This document shows, piece by piece, positions 9,951-22,854 of a DNA stretch of 64,000 nt. Below the pieces are notes generated by a model. That model saw nothing but the letters and a program-made list of their open reading frames with translations, had not been told where the DNA came from and searched no databases. The stretch comes from Eledone cirrhosa (Eukaryota), in contig OZ024744.1 of NCBI GenBank assembly GCA_964016885.1, forward strand, positions 50,592,001 through 50,656,000, given 5' to 3'. The translations under genes were made by a program, and so were the position numbers. Position 1 is the stretch's first letter, and each line of letters opens with the position of its first letter.

Positions 9951-12900
9951 TGTGGGTATGGTGTGGTGTGCGGTGGCCAGAGGCTGGGGAGTGCTCGACC
10001 GGAAGAGTGCTTGACTGGAAGGGCGCTTGACCGGAAGGGCCAGCAGGTCTGCCTCTCTCTAGGGTGGTCAGTGAAGGTGGTGGATGTCAGTTTGGGAGCT
10101 CCCGGTTAACGAGTTGGATTGTACGCACGTGGGAGAGAAGAAACTAGCCATTGGATTAGCGGTGCCAGCAATAAGCGGTAAGTGAAGTAGCTTTTTCTAA
10201 CCACAAGCTATTTTGGCACTGGAAGACGATAAAAAAAAACTTTCTCGAAAACAAAGCTACTATGAGAACAGAGAGGAGTCTGTTGTTTTTTATTACTTAC
10301 CGCAGGACAAAACTAGGATATGGCGACGAGATTACGAATGAGCGGAGAAGCGATTAGAGCATTTACCGGTGAAGGCGATGTTGTCGCCTGGTTGCGAAAA
10401 GTCCGGCTCGTCGCAAGCTTACAGAAGATAGAAGATGTGACTGGCCTCATGGCACTGTACCTTGAAGGGGATGCGTTGGCACTCTTCCTAGAGATGGATG
10501 AACACGGCCAAAGGGATGTGCAAAAGATTGAGAGACGTATGATGGAAGCGTTCGCGGAAGGACCGTTAGCCGCTCTTGCTAGGCTGGCAAGGATTAGATG
10601 GAACGGTGAACGCGTTGACATTTTCGCAGCGGAAATACGACGATTGGCCATATTGGCTGGATATCGGTACGATTGGCCATATTGGCTGGATATCGGTACG
10701 ATTGGCCATATTGGCTGGATATCGGTGCGGTTGGCGTTCATAAATGGATTTCCAGACCACATAGCGGTGAAACTGCAGCAAGTCCCGGGTTACAAGGAGA
10801 TTTGAGATGCTTGCACTGGTGAAGCAAGCCCGCATCATAGCAGAAGATGCCAAGAAGAGTGTCGCGGCGATAGCAATGACAGAGGCCCAAGGCAGCCGGC
10901 AGCGAAATGGTGAAAGGGAGGCAACCACGGCACACGGTCGCCCACGGACGTTTAGAGGTCGTTGTTTTAGGTGCCAGGGCCCGCACATGGCAAGAGACTG
11001 TAGAGAGTCAAGGCCAGACAAAATATGCTACCAGTGTCAGCGACCAGGGAAACGATCCAAGGGGAACTACTGCGCCGGTAGCTGCCCGTGGTGAAAGTCT
11101 TCGTGAGGGGAAAGCCACAGCGAGCCCTCGTGGACACGGGCTGTACGTCGACACTGATGACCGCGAGGGTGGCGCAGAGGTGGAGAGGTTAGAGCAGTGT
11201 AAGGGCAGTCGACAGTAGGAAAATTGAATGCCGAGTTCGCAGCGAGGTGGAGATGGCGGTACGGGGAAAGAAAATAAGGCTTTCTGCCATCGTAGTCGAC
11301 AACGTGGTGGATGGGATCGGCGTAGTTATGGGCATGGACGCAATTGGCCGTCTAGGAGGCGTCACAGTGAACAATGTCGTTGTGTCGTTTGGCGGCGCCG
11401 CATAGTTATGCGCTGTGAGTACGCGACAGGAGAACCAGAAGGCTCACGAAGAGAAATATCCCGTTTACACTGTACAGGACAAAGACTTCAAGGCCGTGTT
11501 CGATGGGCAACGATAGGTTGTTGAGTGGTACTGGAAGGGAGAACCACCAACACTGAAGACCAAAGTGGGCTGCTATCAACATACATTGAAGAGAGATATT
11601 AGGAGCGAGAGGTAGAGAGATGGATTGAGGAGGGCATACTGCTTCCCTGGAAAGAGGAGGTGAAGTGTGGAGTATTGCCGTTAATGGCGATGGCGCAACT
11701 CACAAAGAACAAGGTGAGGCCGGTACTGGACTTTCGGGAGCTGAACGAGCACGGGTCATGCCACATGGGTGGCGAGGTCACGGATGTCTGTGGGGAAACC
11801 CTGCGTGAGTGAAGACGCATGATGGGGGCCTCTGTAATCGTTGATCTAAAGTCGGCATACTTACTACACATAGATGAGAAGCTCTGGCAGTATCAGCTGG
11901 TCAGGTATAAGGGCCGGACATATTGCCTGACCAGGCTCGGTTTCGGGCTGCGCTCCGCACCGAAGATCATGGTGGCGGTCCTCAAGACGTTTCTGGGAAA
12001 GGCCGACAAGATAAAGAGGGCCACTAATTCCTACATTGACGACATCCTAGTGGATGAGTCTATAGTGTCGGCGGCGGAGGTCACGAGCCATTTACAGGGG
12101 TATGGACTGGCTGCAAAGTCGTCAGAAACTTTGGAGGGAGGAGCCGCGCTGGGACTTTGGCTACGGCGAGACAGGACGGGCGTGTTAGTATTCTAGAGGG
12201 GAAATGAAGTTCCAGAACTGGGCCCAAGTATGAGTAGGCGGGAGCTCTTCTCGGCGTGTGGAAAGTTGGTGGGTCACTACCCGATTGCTGGGTGGCTCCG
12301 GACGGCATGCAGCTATGTCAAGAGACGAGCGGGCGGGGTGACTTGGAGTGACAGAGTGGGAGAGAGGACGGTGGCCATGATGCAGGAGATCATGGAGAGG
12401 GTCAAGGCCGACGACCCAGTGCGGGGACGCGGGTATGTTCCCAAATCGCAGAGCGGGACCGTATGGTGCGATGCCACCAGCATAGCACAAGGTGTCATGT
12501 TGGAGATATGTGTTGAGGTCGAGGATGCAGCCTGGCTTAGGAAGAAGGACGATTGCAACCACATCAATGTGGCCGAACTGGATGCGGTGTTGAGAGGGGT
12601 GAACCTCGCCCTGAAGTGGGGACTGCGCACCATTGAGATACGCACCAACTCGGCTACTGTACTCGGATGGGTGAGGTCAGTGCTCACCAGTGAGAAGAGA
12701 GTGCGAACAAGAGGGGCGGCGGAGATGCTGAGAAAGCGCCGCCTGGGAACTTTAGGAGAGCTGGCCACCGAGTTCGACCTGAGGCGGAGCGTCGTTTTCG
12801 TGCCCTCAGAGAAAAATAGGGCGGACGTCTTAACCAGGGTGAAGAAAGCCTGGATGGAACCGCCGGAGGAGGTAGATGAGATAGCTGCCGTGTGTCGGCT

Positions 12901-14086
12901 GACCGAGTCGGACTTGAAAGGGTTGCATGACATGCACCACATGGGAGTGGATAGGACTCTGTTCCTAGCCAGGAGAATTGACTCGGACATTAGCAGACGC
13001 AGTGTTCAAAGAGTGCTTAGAGGCTGCGTCTGATGTCAGTCCATTGATCCCGCCCCGGGTGTGCACGAAACGGGAAGCCTCCCAGTGGATCGCGACTGGA
13101 AGCGATTGGCGGTGGATGTAACACACTACCGACAAGGAACATACCTCTCAATGGTCGACTGTGGACTGGGACGGATGGCGATATGGAAAGAGATAAAGAC
13201 TGGAACGGCCGAGGAAATCACGCGGACGTTGAGAGAGGTGTTCTTGGAGCGAGGCCCTGTGGTCGAACTGCTGATGGACAACAGCGCAGCGTTCCGCTCG
13301 GAGGCGCTGAGGGACATGGTCGATGGATGGAAGGTGGACCGTTTCTTCAGAGCAGCATACAGGCCGAGCGGAAATGGAATCATAGAGCGACACCACCAGA
13401 CAATCAAAGCAATGGCGGAGCGGGGCCACATCTCACCAATGGAGGCAGTGTTCTGGTACATGTCTCCTCGGGTGGGACAGGTTGAGGAATCGGTACCACA
13501 CAGAGCAGTATTCAGATACGAGTGGCGGTACCCGTGCACGCCACCACAACGGCCAGTGGAGAGAGAGAATGCATTCGTGCAGGTGGGCGAAGGAGTCTGG
13601 GTTAAGCCCCCAGATGCACGTTGCACATCTCAATGGGGAAGGGGAACGGTGATGGCCGTAAATTCCCAGAACAATGTGTCCGTGGACGGAGTACCACATC
13701 ATGTCCTGGATGTCCGTAGAATTATTGTGTCAACGGACTCCGAGGAAGAGGAAATCCAAAGTGCCGCCCCAACACTGCGGAGGTCGCAAAGAAGTTGCAA
13801 ACCACCAACCTGGACAGCAGACTTTCATATGCAGCAGGACGAGGGGGAAATTGATCCTTGAGTTCAGGGGGGGGCGTGTGGGTATGGTGTGGTGTGCGGT
13901 GGCCGGAGGCTGGGGTGTGCTCAACCGGAAGGACCGGCAGGTCTGCCTCTCTCTAGGGTGGTGAACGTCAGTTTGGGAGCTCCCGGTTAACGAGTTAGAT
14001 TGTACGCACGTGGGATTGGAGAAACCAACCATTGGATTAGCGGTGCCAACAATAAGCGGTAACTGAAGTAGCTTTTTCTAACCACA
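9951..14086 (+). mobile_element. Ty3/Gypsy LTR retrotransposon, full length but inactivated
   Basis: LTRs 9951-10205 and 13877-14086 (TG..CA); TSD GTTTT; PPT 13866-13876; gag with CFRCQGPH..C knuckle; protease ALVDTGC; RT YIDD; RNase H WCDATS; integrase HH..C-x2-C and D..DN..E; several stops and frameshifts. Confidence 0.95.
10641..10727 (+). repeat. 3 x 29-bp tandem repeat inside Gypsy gag
   Basis: CGATTGGCCATATTGGCTGGATATCGGTA x3, head to tail. Confidence 0.95.
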
Positions 14087-14182
14087 GTTTTCACCACCCT
14101 TTTGTTTGGATCTGAGTCCTAGAATCCATATCACACACACACATAAATCAGTTGTATGTTCCATTAGGTTTGCCTTCGTACA

Positions 14183-14520
14183 ATGTGTGGTTACACACAT
14201 GAAGATAACATCTCAAATGCTGGTATTTTCACAAAGTGCAAAATTGAAGGTATTGAGACTTTCCTCATGCAATCCAAATTACGATGGGCTGTTCATCAAA
14301 TACCAAAGATCCTCATGTATGGTCAGCTCCACAGTGGTAAAATGAATATACGAGGACCATGGTTCCGGTATAAGGTTAAGCTGAAGAATAATCTCGAAGC
14401 TGTTGGCATACCTTTAATGACATTTGAGCAGGTGGGCCTGGACAGAAGTGAAAAAGGAGTTATTGTAGTGGCATTTAAATTTTCGAATCTATCCGTCTTC
14501 AACAGCTAATAATTCATAAA
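14183..14520 (+). mobile_element. RTE LINE C-terminal fragment
   Basis: LRWA..IPKILMYGQL..RYK..LK, typical RTE ORF C-terminus. Confidence 0.7.
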
Positions 14521-14787
14521 TTAAAGCGCCGATATTCTTTGTCAACCATTCTGTAAAGGAAAACATCCAGGATAAAAAAACAAATCACCAAAACATATTT
14601 TCGTCAAAAACGTGCTGCTGGAAAAATGAAAACATCGGAAGTTATCTCCCTTACCTTAGAGTTTGATATTTCCTGTTAACACATGTAAATAAAGTTTAGA
14701 TAATTTTTAAATGATTCTTATTAATAAATGTTTTGCGCAGTGCAGAATGTTAAGTGCTAATGACTACTGTTTTTCTTGTTTTTCCAG

Positions 14788-14896
14788 TGCTAACCTTATG
14801 GGCCTTTTGTGCGACCTTCTAGAAAGTTCATCCTCAATTCAAGAAGAGCTGCTACAGAGCAAAGGATTCTTAGTTATTAGCTACTTACTAGAAAAG
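14788..14896 (+). CDS. NBEA: Neurobeachin exon (ANLMGLLCDLL...GFLVISYLLEK)
   Basis: AG/GT boundaries; phase 2-0; KGFLVI.Y.LEK conserved in NBEA. Confidence 0.92.
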
Positions 14897-14916
14897 GTAT
14901 TCCTACTTATACATAA

Positions 14917-15465
14917 CCCTTTTGATACCTGACTGCGTGAAACTACCCCTGGTTCTCTGATACGAACCTGTTTGTTTTCTATAAAGTGTTTATATTTATC
15001 TTAGAACCTCCCATCATAATTTCATATAAGAAATTTTATGTTCTGTTCCAAACATTAGTTTAATAATGAGAAAGTTAATTACCATCATAATCATTGTTAT
15101 TTAATGTCCATTTTCCTTGTTAGGAGAAATTTTGTAATATTTAATCAAAATAACTGGCTAATTCTTGATTATTTTCAAAATAGTTTGAAAATCATAACTA
15201 GTGTCCTTCATTAGAAACATGGTAATGAAAGGGTTTAAAGTGTTTATATTTGTCTAAAAACCTTCCATCTTAATTTTATATAAGAACCTTTGTGTTTCAA
15301 ACAACTTTGTCATATTTTTTTGGAAGAACTTATATAATGTTCCAAACACCAACTTAATAATGAGAAAGCTATATTGCTATATCTCTCCAAATTCTTGATT
15401 ATTTTGAAAATTTGAAAAATCATAGCCAGTGTCTTTCATTAGAAATATGGTAATGAAAGAGTTAA
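14917..15465. mobile_element. piggyBac-like MITE with partial tandem second copy
   Basis: Termini CCCTTT..TACC / GGTA..AAAGGG next to TTAA-like sites; related copies near 47200-47967, 28690 and 23960. Confidence 0.5.
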
Positions 15466-15604
15466 AGTGTTTATCATCCTCAACACCATTTAACATCTAT
15501 TTTCCATGCCTCCATAGGTTAAGCAGACTAACATTGTGAGACGTGGTATGTTAAGTGCCCACATCTTGCTCCTAAGTACCATCTTCATTTTAACTTTCTA
15601 CGAC

Positions 15605-15752
15605 TAGATGCCCTTCCTAACATCCTACCACTATAACATGTACTGGGATTATGGTTAGATGCCCTTCCTAACACTCTACTACTATAACATGTACTGGGAT
15701 TATGGTTAGATGCCCTTCCTAACACTCTACTACTTTATAAGATGTACTGGGA
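15605..15752 (+). repeat. ~51-bp tandem repeat x3
   Basis: TAGATGCCCTTCCTAACA...ATGTACTGGGA repeated; antisense to the RTE/SINE tail motif. Confidence 0.85.
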
Positions 15753-16450
15753 ATATTGTTCGTAACACCAACACAAGCTGCCTTACAAGTGTAGAACACC
15801 AGCAACCACCCCCATTCTTAGATTGATATTTGTAGAGAAGATATAGAGGATAGTATATAGGATGAACAGTTCATGGATAAGCAATTGAAATCCACTGTAG
15901 TTTTGTTGTGTTTCACCAGGACAAGACACTTTATTCCACATGTCTCGACTTATTTGGAAAAGATAAACCACTGTGTAATGTAACCAATTTAATGTATTTT
16001 AAGTTAATTTTCCTTTAACTTACTTTTACATTTACCTGAACAATTAAACTCCATGTTACAATGAAGGAGCCTCTATATGGTAATTGAGAGAAAAACTGGA
16101 TATAAGAGGAATCAGATGTGTACAAGAGAGAAGACTGTGCTAGAATGGACATGTGATGCATATGGATGATGATTGCTTGGTGAAGAAATGCCAAGAAAAC
16201 CTAGTGGAAGGAAACTAAAGTAGAGGAAGACTAAAGAAGACCTGGATGGAGGTGGTGAGTGATGATTTCAAATCACTGAATCTCACAGAATGCCAAAGGA
16301 ATACAAATGGAGAGATGATGTGCTGAAAACGATCTGCCCAACCCATACAAGCATGGAAAAGCAAATATAAATAATGACAATGATATATAAGTATTCATGC
16401 CCAATACTTATTTTATTTGGACGCACATACTAGTATACATAAAATATATT

Positions 16451-19190
16451 AACGGACACGTTGGTAAACACCGTGGTGGCTTCTATAGAGTCCATGGAGG
16501 CCACGGGTTTGGCACAAGAAATGAAGAAGGCTTCAGGCTTCTAGAATTCTGCGACGCCAATGACATGTCGATATGTAACACGTACTTCAAAAAACCCAAC
16601 AACCATCTGATCACCTATAGATCAGGGGAGCATTCTAGTCATAGATTTTATCCTCAGCAGAAGACGTGATAGATGGACGGTTGTAAACACAAAAGCCTTC
16701 CCTGGTGAGGAATGCACCTCCCAACATAACTTAGTTGTCAGCGACCTCATTGTCAGAACTAGACGAACTTGGAAACAGAAGGCAACCTGGAGAAGAAAGA
16801 TCTGGAAGCTGAAAGACCCCTCAGCCAATAACAGATTTAAAGATGTTTTACTCGACGCCTATGACAGTAAAGAAGAACAGATAGACATTCAATATAGAAG
16901 AGCACTAGGAGTTCTTAAGAAATAACCTACTAAAGGCGACGGACGAGATCTGTGGTTCGAGAAAGTCCACAGGGAGGAGGAGAGTGACTTGGTGGTGGAA
17001 CAATAAGGTAGATGAGGTAGTTAAGGCTAAGAGACAGGCATGGAAAGAATAGAAGAACGGGGGAAGCAGGGTATATTACATAGAGACCAGGAGGGAAGCT
17101 AGGTGACAAGTATACTTAGCTAGAATGGAAGCAGAGGATAGAAAATTCAAGCATGTCTTGCAACGTGAGGACCAGAAACAGGAGGTGATCAAGATTGCGA
17201 GGCAGTGTGTCAGAGAGAATTGTGATGTCATTGGAGAGAAGTGTATCCGGAATGATAAAGGTGAGCTTGACCTCACAAGTGCTGAGAAGAAAGATGCATG
17301 GAAGAGCCATTATGAAAGATTACGAAATGAGGAGAATGCATGGGAAAAAGAGACCCTACCCCAAGTGGGCCCTATAGAGGGGCCAGCAGTACAAGTCAGC
17401 AGCAGCGTAGTAAGTAAGGCAATCAAAGATATGAAGGCGGGAAGGCAACCGGTCCATCAGGTATAGCTGCTGAGATGGTGGAGGCATCTGGGTCGGTAGG
17501 TCACACCATAACCACACGTATTGTTAACCAGGTAATACAAAGGATTGATGCAGCAGCATCCTTGTCAACTGCTACAAGGGTAAAGGTGATGCATTAGATA
17601 GAGGAAATTATAGAGGTATAAAGCTGATGGAGCAGGCCATTAAAGTAACGGAAAGAGTTATAGCATAGTTGATTAGGGACCAAGTAAAACTAAAAGAGAT
17701 GCAATTTGGGTTTGTGTCAGGAAAAGGCACCACTGATGCCCTCTTCCTTGTGAGGCAGTTACAGAAAAGTACCTAGCTAAAAGTAAGCCACTCTACCTGG
17801 TATTCGTCGATCTGGAAAAAACCTTCGACAGAGTTCCCCGGGCTATAATCTGGTGGGCTCTCAGAAAACTAGGAGTAGATGAATGGCTTGTGAAAGCTGT
17901 ACAAGCCATGTATAGAGGAGCAGTCAATAAAGTTAGAGTTAGTAATGACTATAGCGAGGAATTTAGCATACAGGTCGGTCTCTACCAGGGCTCTGTTCTT
18001 AGCCCTCTCCTGTTCATTATAGTTTTGCAGGCAATAATGGAGGAGTTTCAGACCGGATGCCCATGGGAACACTTATATGTGGATGATCTCACACTTAAAG
18101 CTGAATCTATGGTTGAACTAGAAAAGAAATTCCAAACATGGAAGCAAGGACTAGAAAGAAAGGGTCTCAAAGTCAACCTGACAAAGACTAAGGTCCTCGT
18201 AAGTAGACGAGAAAACAGAACCCAGATCCCCTCAGGGAAATGGCCTTCCTCAGTATGTAGGAAAGGTGTAGGTAGGAACTCCATCCTCTGCTCCAAATGC
18301 AAACAATGGGTACACAAGAGATGTAGTGGGATCTCAGGAAGCTTAACTAAGAATGTAGGCTTCACATGTAGCAGCTGCACTGGGACAGCAAACGGCCACA
18401 GGAAACAAGCACCACCAAACTCTGTAGAAACAGTAGATAGCTACTAGGTGACCGAATTAGCAGCGGAGGTGGGTGTTCAGAAAGTACAATAACTAGGGTA
18501 AGAACGGGATGGAAGAAGTTCAGGGAGTTACTGCCACTGCTAGCTGCAAAAGGCTTTTCCCTCAAAATGAAAGGCAGACTGTATGATGCGTGTATACGAA
18601 CAGCAATGTTACATCATAGTGAGACCTGGGCGCTGTCTGTAGAAGACTTGTGTAGATTAGAAAGAAACGAAGCTTGCATACTCCGATGGATGTGTAATAG
18701 TAATATACTCGTACGGCAAAGCATAAACGAATTGAAAGACTGAGCATAAGAGGAATCAAATGCTGTGTGCAGGAGAGGAAGTTGCGTTGGTATGGACATG
18801 TGACGCATATGAAGGATGACAGCTGCATAAAAAGGTGCAGAGCACTAGAAGTCGATGGAAGCCGCGGAGTGGGGAGACCCAAGATGACCTGGGATGAGGT
18901 GATAAAAGCTGACCTTGCCTGATTGCACCTCTCAAGTGCAATGACACACTGACACACAACCGTGACCTCTGGCGTCACGCAATACAGTAATACAGAAGAC
19001 CCCCCCCCCCCATGGGTACAAGCTGAAGCTGAAGCATATAGACAATATGCCCCCACACCCCCCACTGCAAGGTGGTCGTGGAGTTGCCACAGCAAAAAAG
19101 CACCCAGCCCACACTGTAAAGTAGACGTGTAGGCGCCACAGAAAAAAAGCACCCAGCACTCACCGTTGGTGTTAGGAAGGGCATCCAGCT
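16451..19190 (+). mobile_element. RTE LINE (APE remnant, RT, PHD finger, 3'UTR), decayed
   Basis: NGHVG..GFGTRNEEG; NYRGIKL; DLEKTFDRVP; QGSVLSPLLF; YVDD; C4HC3-like finger ~18235-18380; LRWYGHV. Confidence 0.9.
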
Positions 19191-19915
19191 CCGTTTACCG
19201 CCAGGTGGAGTCCAGTTCATCGCTGTTTTCGAATGCCGTTCATTTAGCAGACACAGAATATGGCCAGCGAGACAGTACCGACACTCCGTGACCACTCTGT
19301 GTAGCATCCACGACTCGGCTCACCGCATGATCTCCTCGTTTCGCACTCGGTCGCGCCAGGACACACGAAGGATCTTTCGCAGGCACCACTGGTGGAAAGC
19401 GTTCAGCCGTCTCTACTTTTGCCATACTCTTCCATGTCTCGCTCGCATAAAGCACTGTCGGCAGCACGATGCTCTTGTACAGGTGGAGCTTGGTCTTGGT
19501 ACTAATGCATGAAGACGACCAGACTGGGCACAGCCACTGGAAAACTGCAGCTCCTTTGCTGATCCGACAGTTGATGTCGAGCTCTGCATTGCCGCTGCCT
19601 GTCAGGATGCTGCCCAGATAGATGAAGTGATCGACTTCCTCGAGGTCCTGTTGGTTGACTCTGATCACTGGACCTGTATTGCTTGGCCGTTCCCATGACC
19701 TTGGTCTTTTTGGTGTTGATTCTCAGGCCGATCTTTTCTGCACTCCCTTGTAGGGATGTTGTTAGGGCCTGCAGATCTGCACTGTTTTCAGTGATCAAAG
19801 TGTTATCATCGGCGAATGCCAGGTCCCTCAGCCTCGACTGCCCTCTCCATGGGATTCTTCGACTGGGTCCTTCATCCATTCGCCTTAGTACGAAATCGGC
19901 TGCCAGAAGTAACAA
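19191..19915 (-). mobile_element. RTE LINE fragment of a different family
   Basis: LRDLAFADD, IGLRINTKKTK, VDHFIYLGS, LYASETW. Confidence 0.85.
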
Positions 19916-20562
19916 CCAAATCTTCTGCAAATCACACTTCGACTGTTAAAGAGGAAGGATATAAATTCTTAGGAATTCTGTAATTTGGTCACTTAGGAAG
20001 TTAGGGATAGAGGAATAGCTTGTCATGGATATACACACAATGTACAGAGGTGGAACTAACAAGGTAAGAGTTGGCAAAGCATATAGCAACAAGTTTAACA
20101 TACACTCCTTAGTCCCCTCCTGTTCATTATAGTTCTTCAGTCCATAACAGAGGAAATTAAGATTGGTTGCCTGAGAGTTCCAGTATCACAATGAAATGCT
20201 CTCACGCCTCACTGGAAAGTGGCAGTTCTGGTGTCACAATAAAATGCTCTCATACCATTTTGTACTGTGGTACTGCTGGTGCCACTATAAAATGCACCCA
20301 TCCCACTCTGGAAAGTGGAAGTGTTGGTGCCACATTTTATTCACTAAACCCACTCTGTAAAATAGTAGTACTGTTGCCACAAAAAGAGCAGTATTCAATC
20401 CAACTTGTCATGTGATAGTGGTGGGGCCATAAGGAAACAAATTCTGTACATACCATGTAGTAGTCAGTGTTAGGAAGGGCATCGAACCATAGAAACTATG
20501 CCAAAATGTGACAACTTCTCTGACCTCTGTTAGCATGGAAATTATTCATAACACGGTGATGT

Positions 20563-20599
<37 letters not shown>

Positions 20600-21124
20600 T
20601 GAAAATAATCAAGAATTTTGTGTATACATGTATGTACATGTGTGTATATATGTATATATATACATATATATATGTATATATATACATATATGTATGTGTG
20701 TGTGAGATGGATTCTCCCATCAATATTTGCATATGAGTGTCCAGGAGCTTTAGCTCAATCAGGTGATATGTCTATGTCTGATATGACATTTAACTCCTGC
20801 CAATGACTTGCAAACAAGGCTACATACTGTGCAAGAATGTGGGTTATGAGACTGGTGTCTCCCTTCACCTTTACTCTCTTGCAAGTGGTCTTTGTTGAGA
20901 TGTATGAAACTGAATGCCAAGCTGATGGACTATCCACATTGATGATTTATTGAAACTGATGAAAGCTTGTGTTAGACCAGCTGCATTTTTTAAACTGCTG
21001 ATAGCAAAGGATTAGTGCACATGATTTCCAAAGGCCACTTGAACAACAGTCCTCATTCATATTTTATTGTCATGGAATTTAACCTCTCCTGTACTACATC
21101 ACTTAAGGAAACATATTTACACAC

Positions 21125-21580
21125 TGTGTGAGGAGCGCGATGCTGCATGGTAGTGAGACATGGGCAGCAACTGCAGAGGATATGCGACGGCTGGAGAGAA
21201 ATGAGGCAAGCATGCTCCGTTGGATGTGCAGTGTAAATGTGCGTGAACGACCCAGCATAAATGTGTTGAGAGAGAAACTGTGTCTGAGAGGGATAGAATG
21301 TAGTGTACGGGAGAGGAAACTGAGGTGGTATGGACATGTGATGCGCATGGAGGATGACCGATGGGTGAAGAAGTGCCAGGAATTGCCAGTTGAAGGAAGA
21401 CGTGGTAGAGGTAGACCACGAAAAATATGGGCGGAGGTGGTGAGAACAGACCTCAGATCATTGAAGCTCACGGTGGAGATGACGAGGGACCGTGACGAGT
21501 GGAGAGATGCTGTGCTGAATAAGACCCGTCCCACCCTTGCAAGCAGGGAAAAGCGGACGTAAAATGATGATGATGATGAT
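21125..21580 (+). mobile_element. RTE LINE 3' fragment
   Basis: MLHGSETW..LRWYGHV..RGRGRP; (TGA)n tail. Confidence 0.9.
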
Positions 21581-21873
21581 ATTGGAAGGCCACTGACTTT
21601 TTCATCCCTCTAAAATCTTGATTATTTCAAAATGATAAATAAAAACATTGGTAGTGTCTTTCATTAGAGAGTAACAAAAGAAAGTATGTACATTTATCTA
21701 AAAATAAGGTTATTTCCTTTGAAATATGGTAACAAATGATTTAAAGTGCTTATATTTAATTATACAAATGTATTGTTGAACAATTCTGCCTAAATCATCA
21801 ATAATTCACAACTAATCAATTGTAATAATTGTAATAATTTCATCCCATAAGACCATATTTATTTTTTCTACAG

Positions 21874-22026
21874 TCGTCCAGAGAACACATAACGCCCGAA
21901 GTGCTCAACAGTTTCTTAAAACTAACCCAATATTTGGTAAAATTGCCTACTGGTGGCATCTTACTGAAGCACCTCTTTGACCACATTCTTTTCAACCCTG
22001 GCCTGTGGATTTATGCTTCCGTGGAG
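21874..22026 (+). CDS. NBEA: Neurobeachin exon (SSREHIT...[16 protein letters not shown])
   Basis: AG/GT; phase 0-0; DHILFNP.LWI motif. Confidence 0.92.
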
Positions 22027-22685
22027 GTAAGAAAAATCATTATCTTTTAAATTTATCATTATTATTCAACATCCATTCTCCCTGCTAGCAAGGAGTGGAT
22101 GGGTTATCACAGACCAAGTTAGTTATTTAACCTTTTGCAAGGGACTAGCTTGGCTTCTACATCTTTAGAAGATTTCAGCATCTGAGTGACTCTGTTGTTC
22201 ACTCCATTTCTCTCCAGTCTCTGCATATCTTTGACATTCTCTGCTCATCTTTTGTTGCCTTGAAATATTGCACTTCACATGCAGACATCACTGGAGGAGA
22301 AAATCCCATTGTTGCTGTAGTTCCCTGAACTTTTCCCATCTTGTTCTTATTCTAGCTGCTATGCTTTCAGAGCAACTTCTTTTACTGAGAACAGAAGCCT
22401 GAAGTACACTTATCTGCACATGAGATTCCTCACTAAACTCATTACCTACTCACATTTTATTAATTGTTCCTCTGTACATGGCTTGCACTGCTCTCACAAG
22501 CTATTCTCCTACACCCAGTTTCTTTAAAGACCACCAGATGACAAATCATGAAACTCTATCAAAAGCTAGATATAGTGGCTTACATTTAGCTAGTGACTTC
22601 CCTTCTAGTTGTTTCTCTAAGAAGAGAACATTTATAGTTTCTGTCTAAAGTAACTGAAGAATTAAAAATTTCTCTTTTCCTGTAG

Positions 22686-22854
22686 GTGCAAAATAAGCTG
22701 TATAATTACCTAGCAACGGAATTTATCAACGACGCACAAATATACAATAGTATACGCCGTGTGAGTGCAGTTTTACAAACAATGCACACATTGAAATATT
22801 ATTATTGGGTCGTTAACCCTAACGACAGAAGTGGCCTTACTCCCAAAGGGATCG
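22686..22854 (+). CDS. NBEA: Neurobeachin exon (VQNKLY...[13 protein letters not shown]...)
   Basis: AG/GT; phase 0-1; MHTLKYYYW hallmark. Confidence 0.95.

Noticed and set aside
10641-10727. CRISPR-like 29-bp repeats
   Set aside because: No spacers, inside gag, eukaryotic context, no cas genes
12313-13626. Long antisense ORFs in the Gypsy element
   Set aside because: Shadow frames of GC-rich pol with no recognisable motifs
20496-20806. ORFs over (TA)/(TG) microsatellites, also at 27394-27663 and 57797-57991
   Set aside because: Low-complexity artefacts
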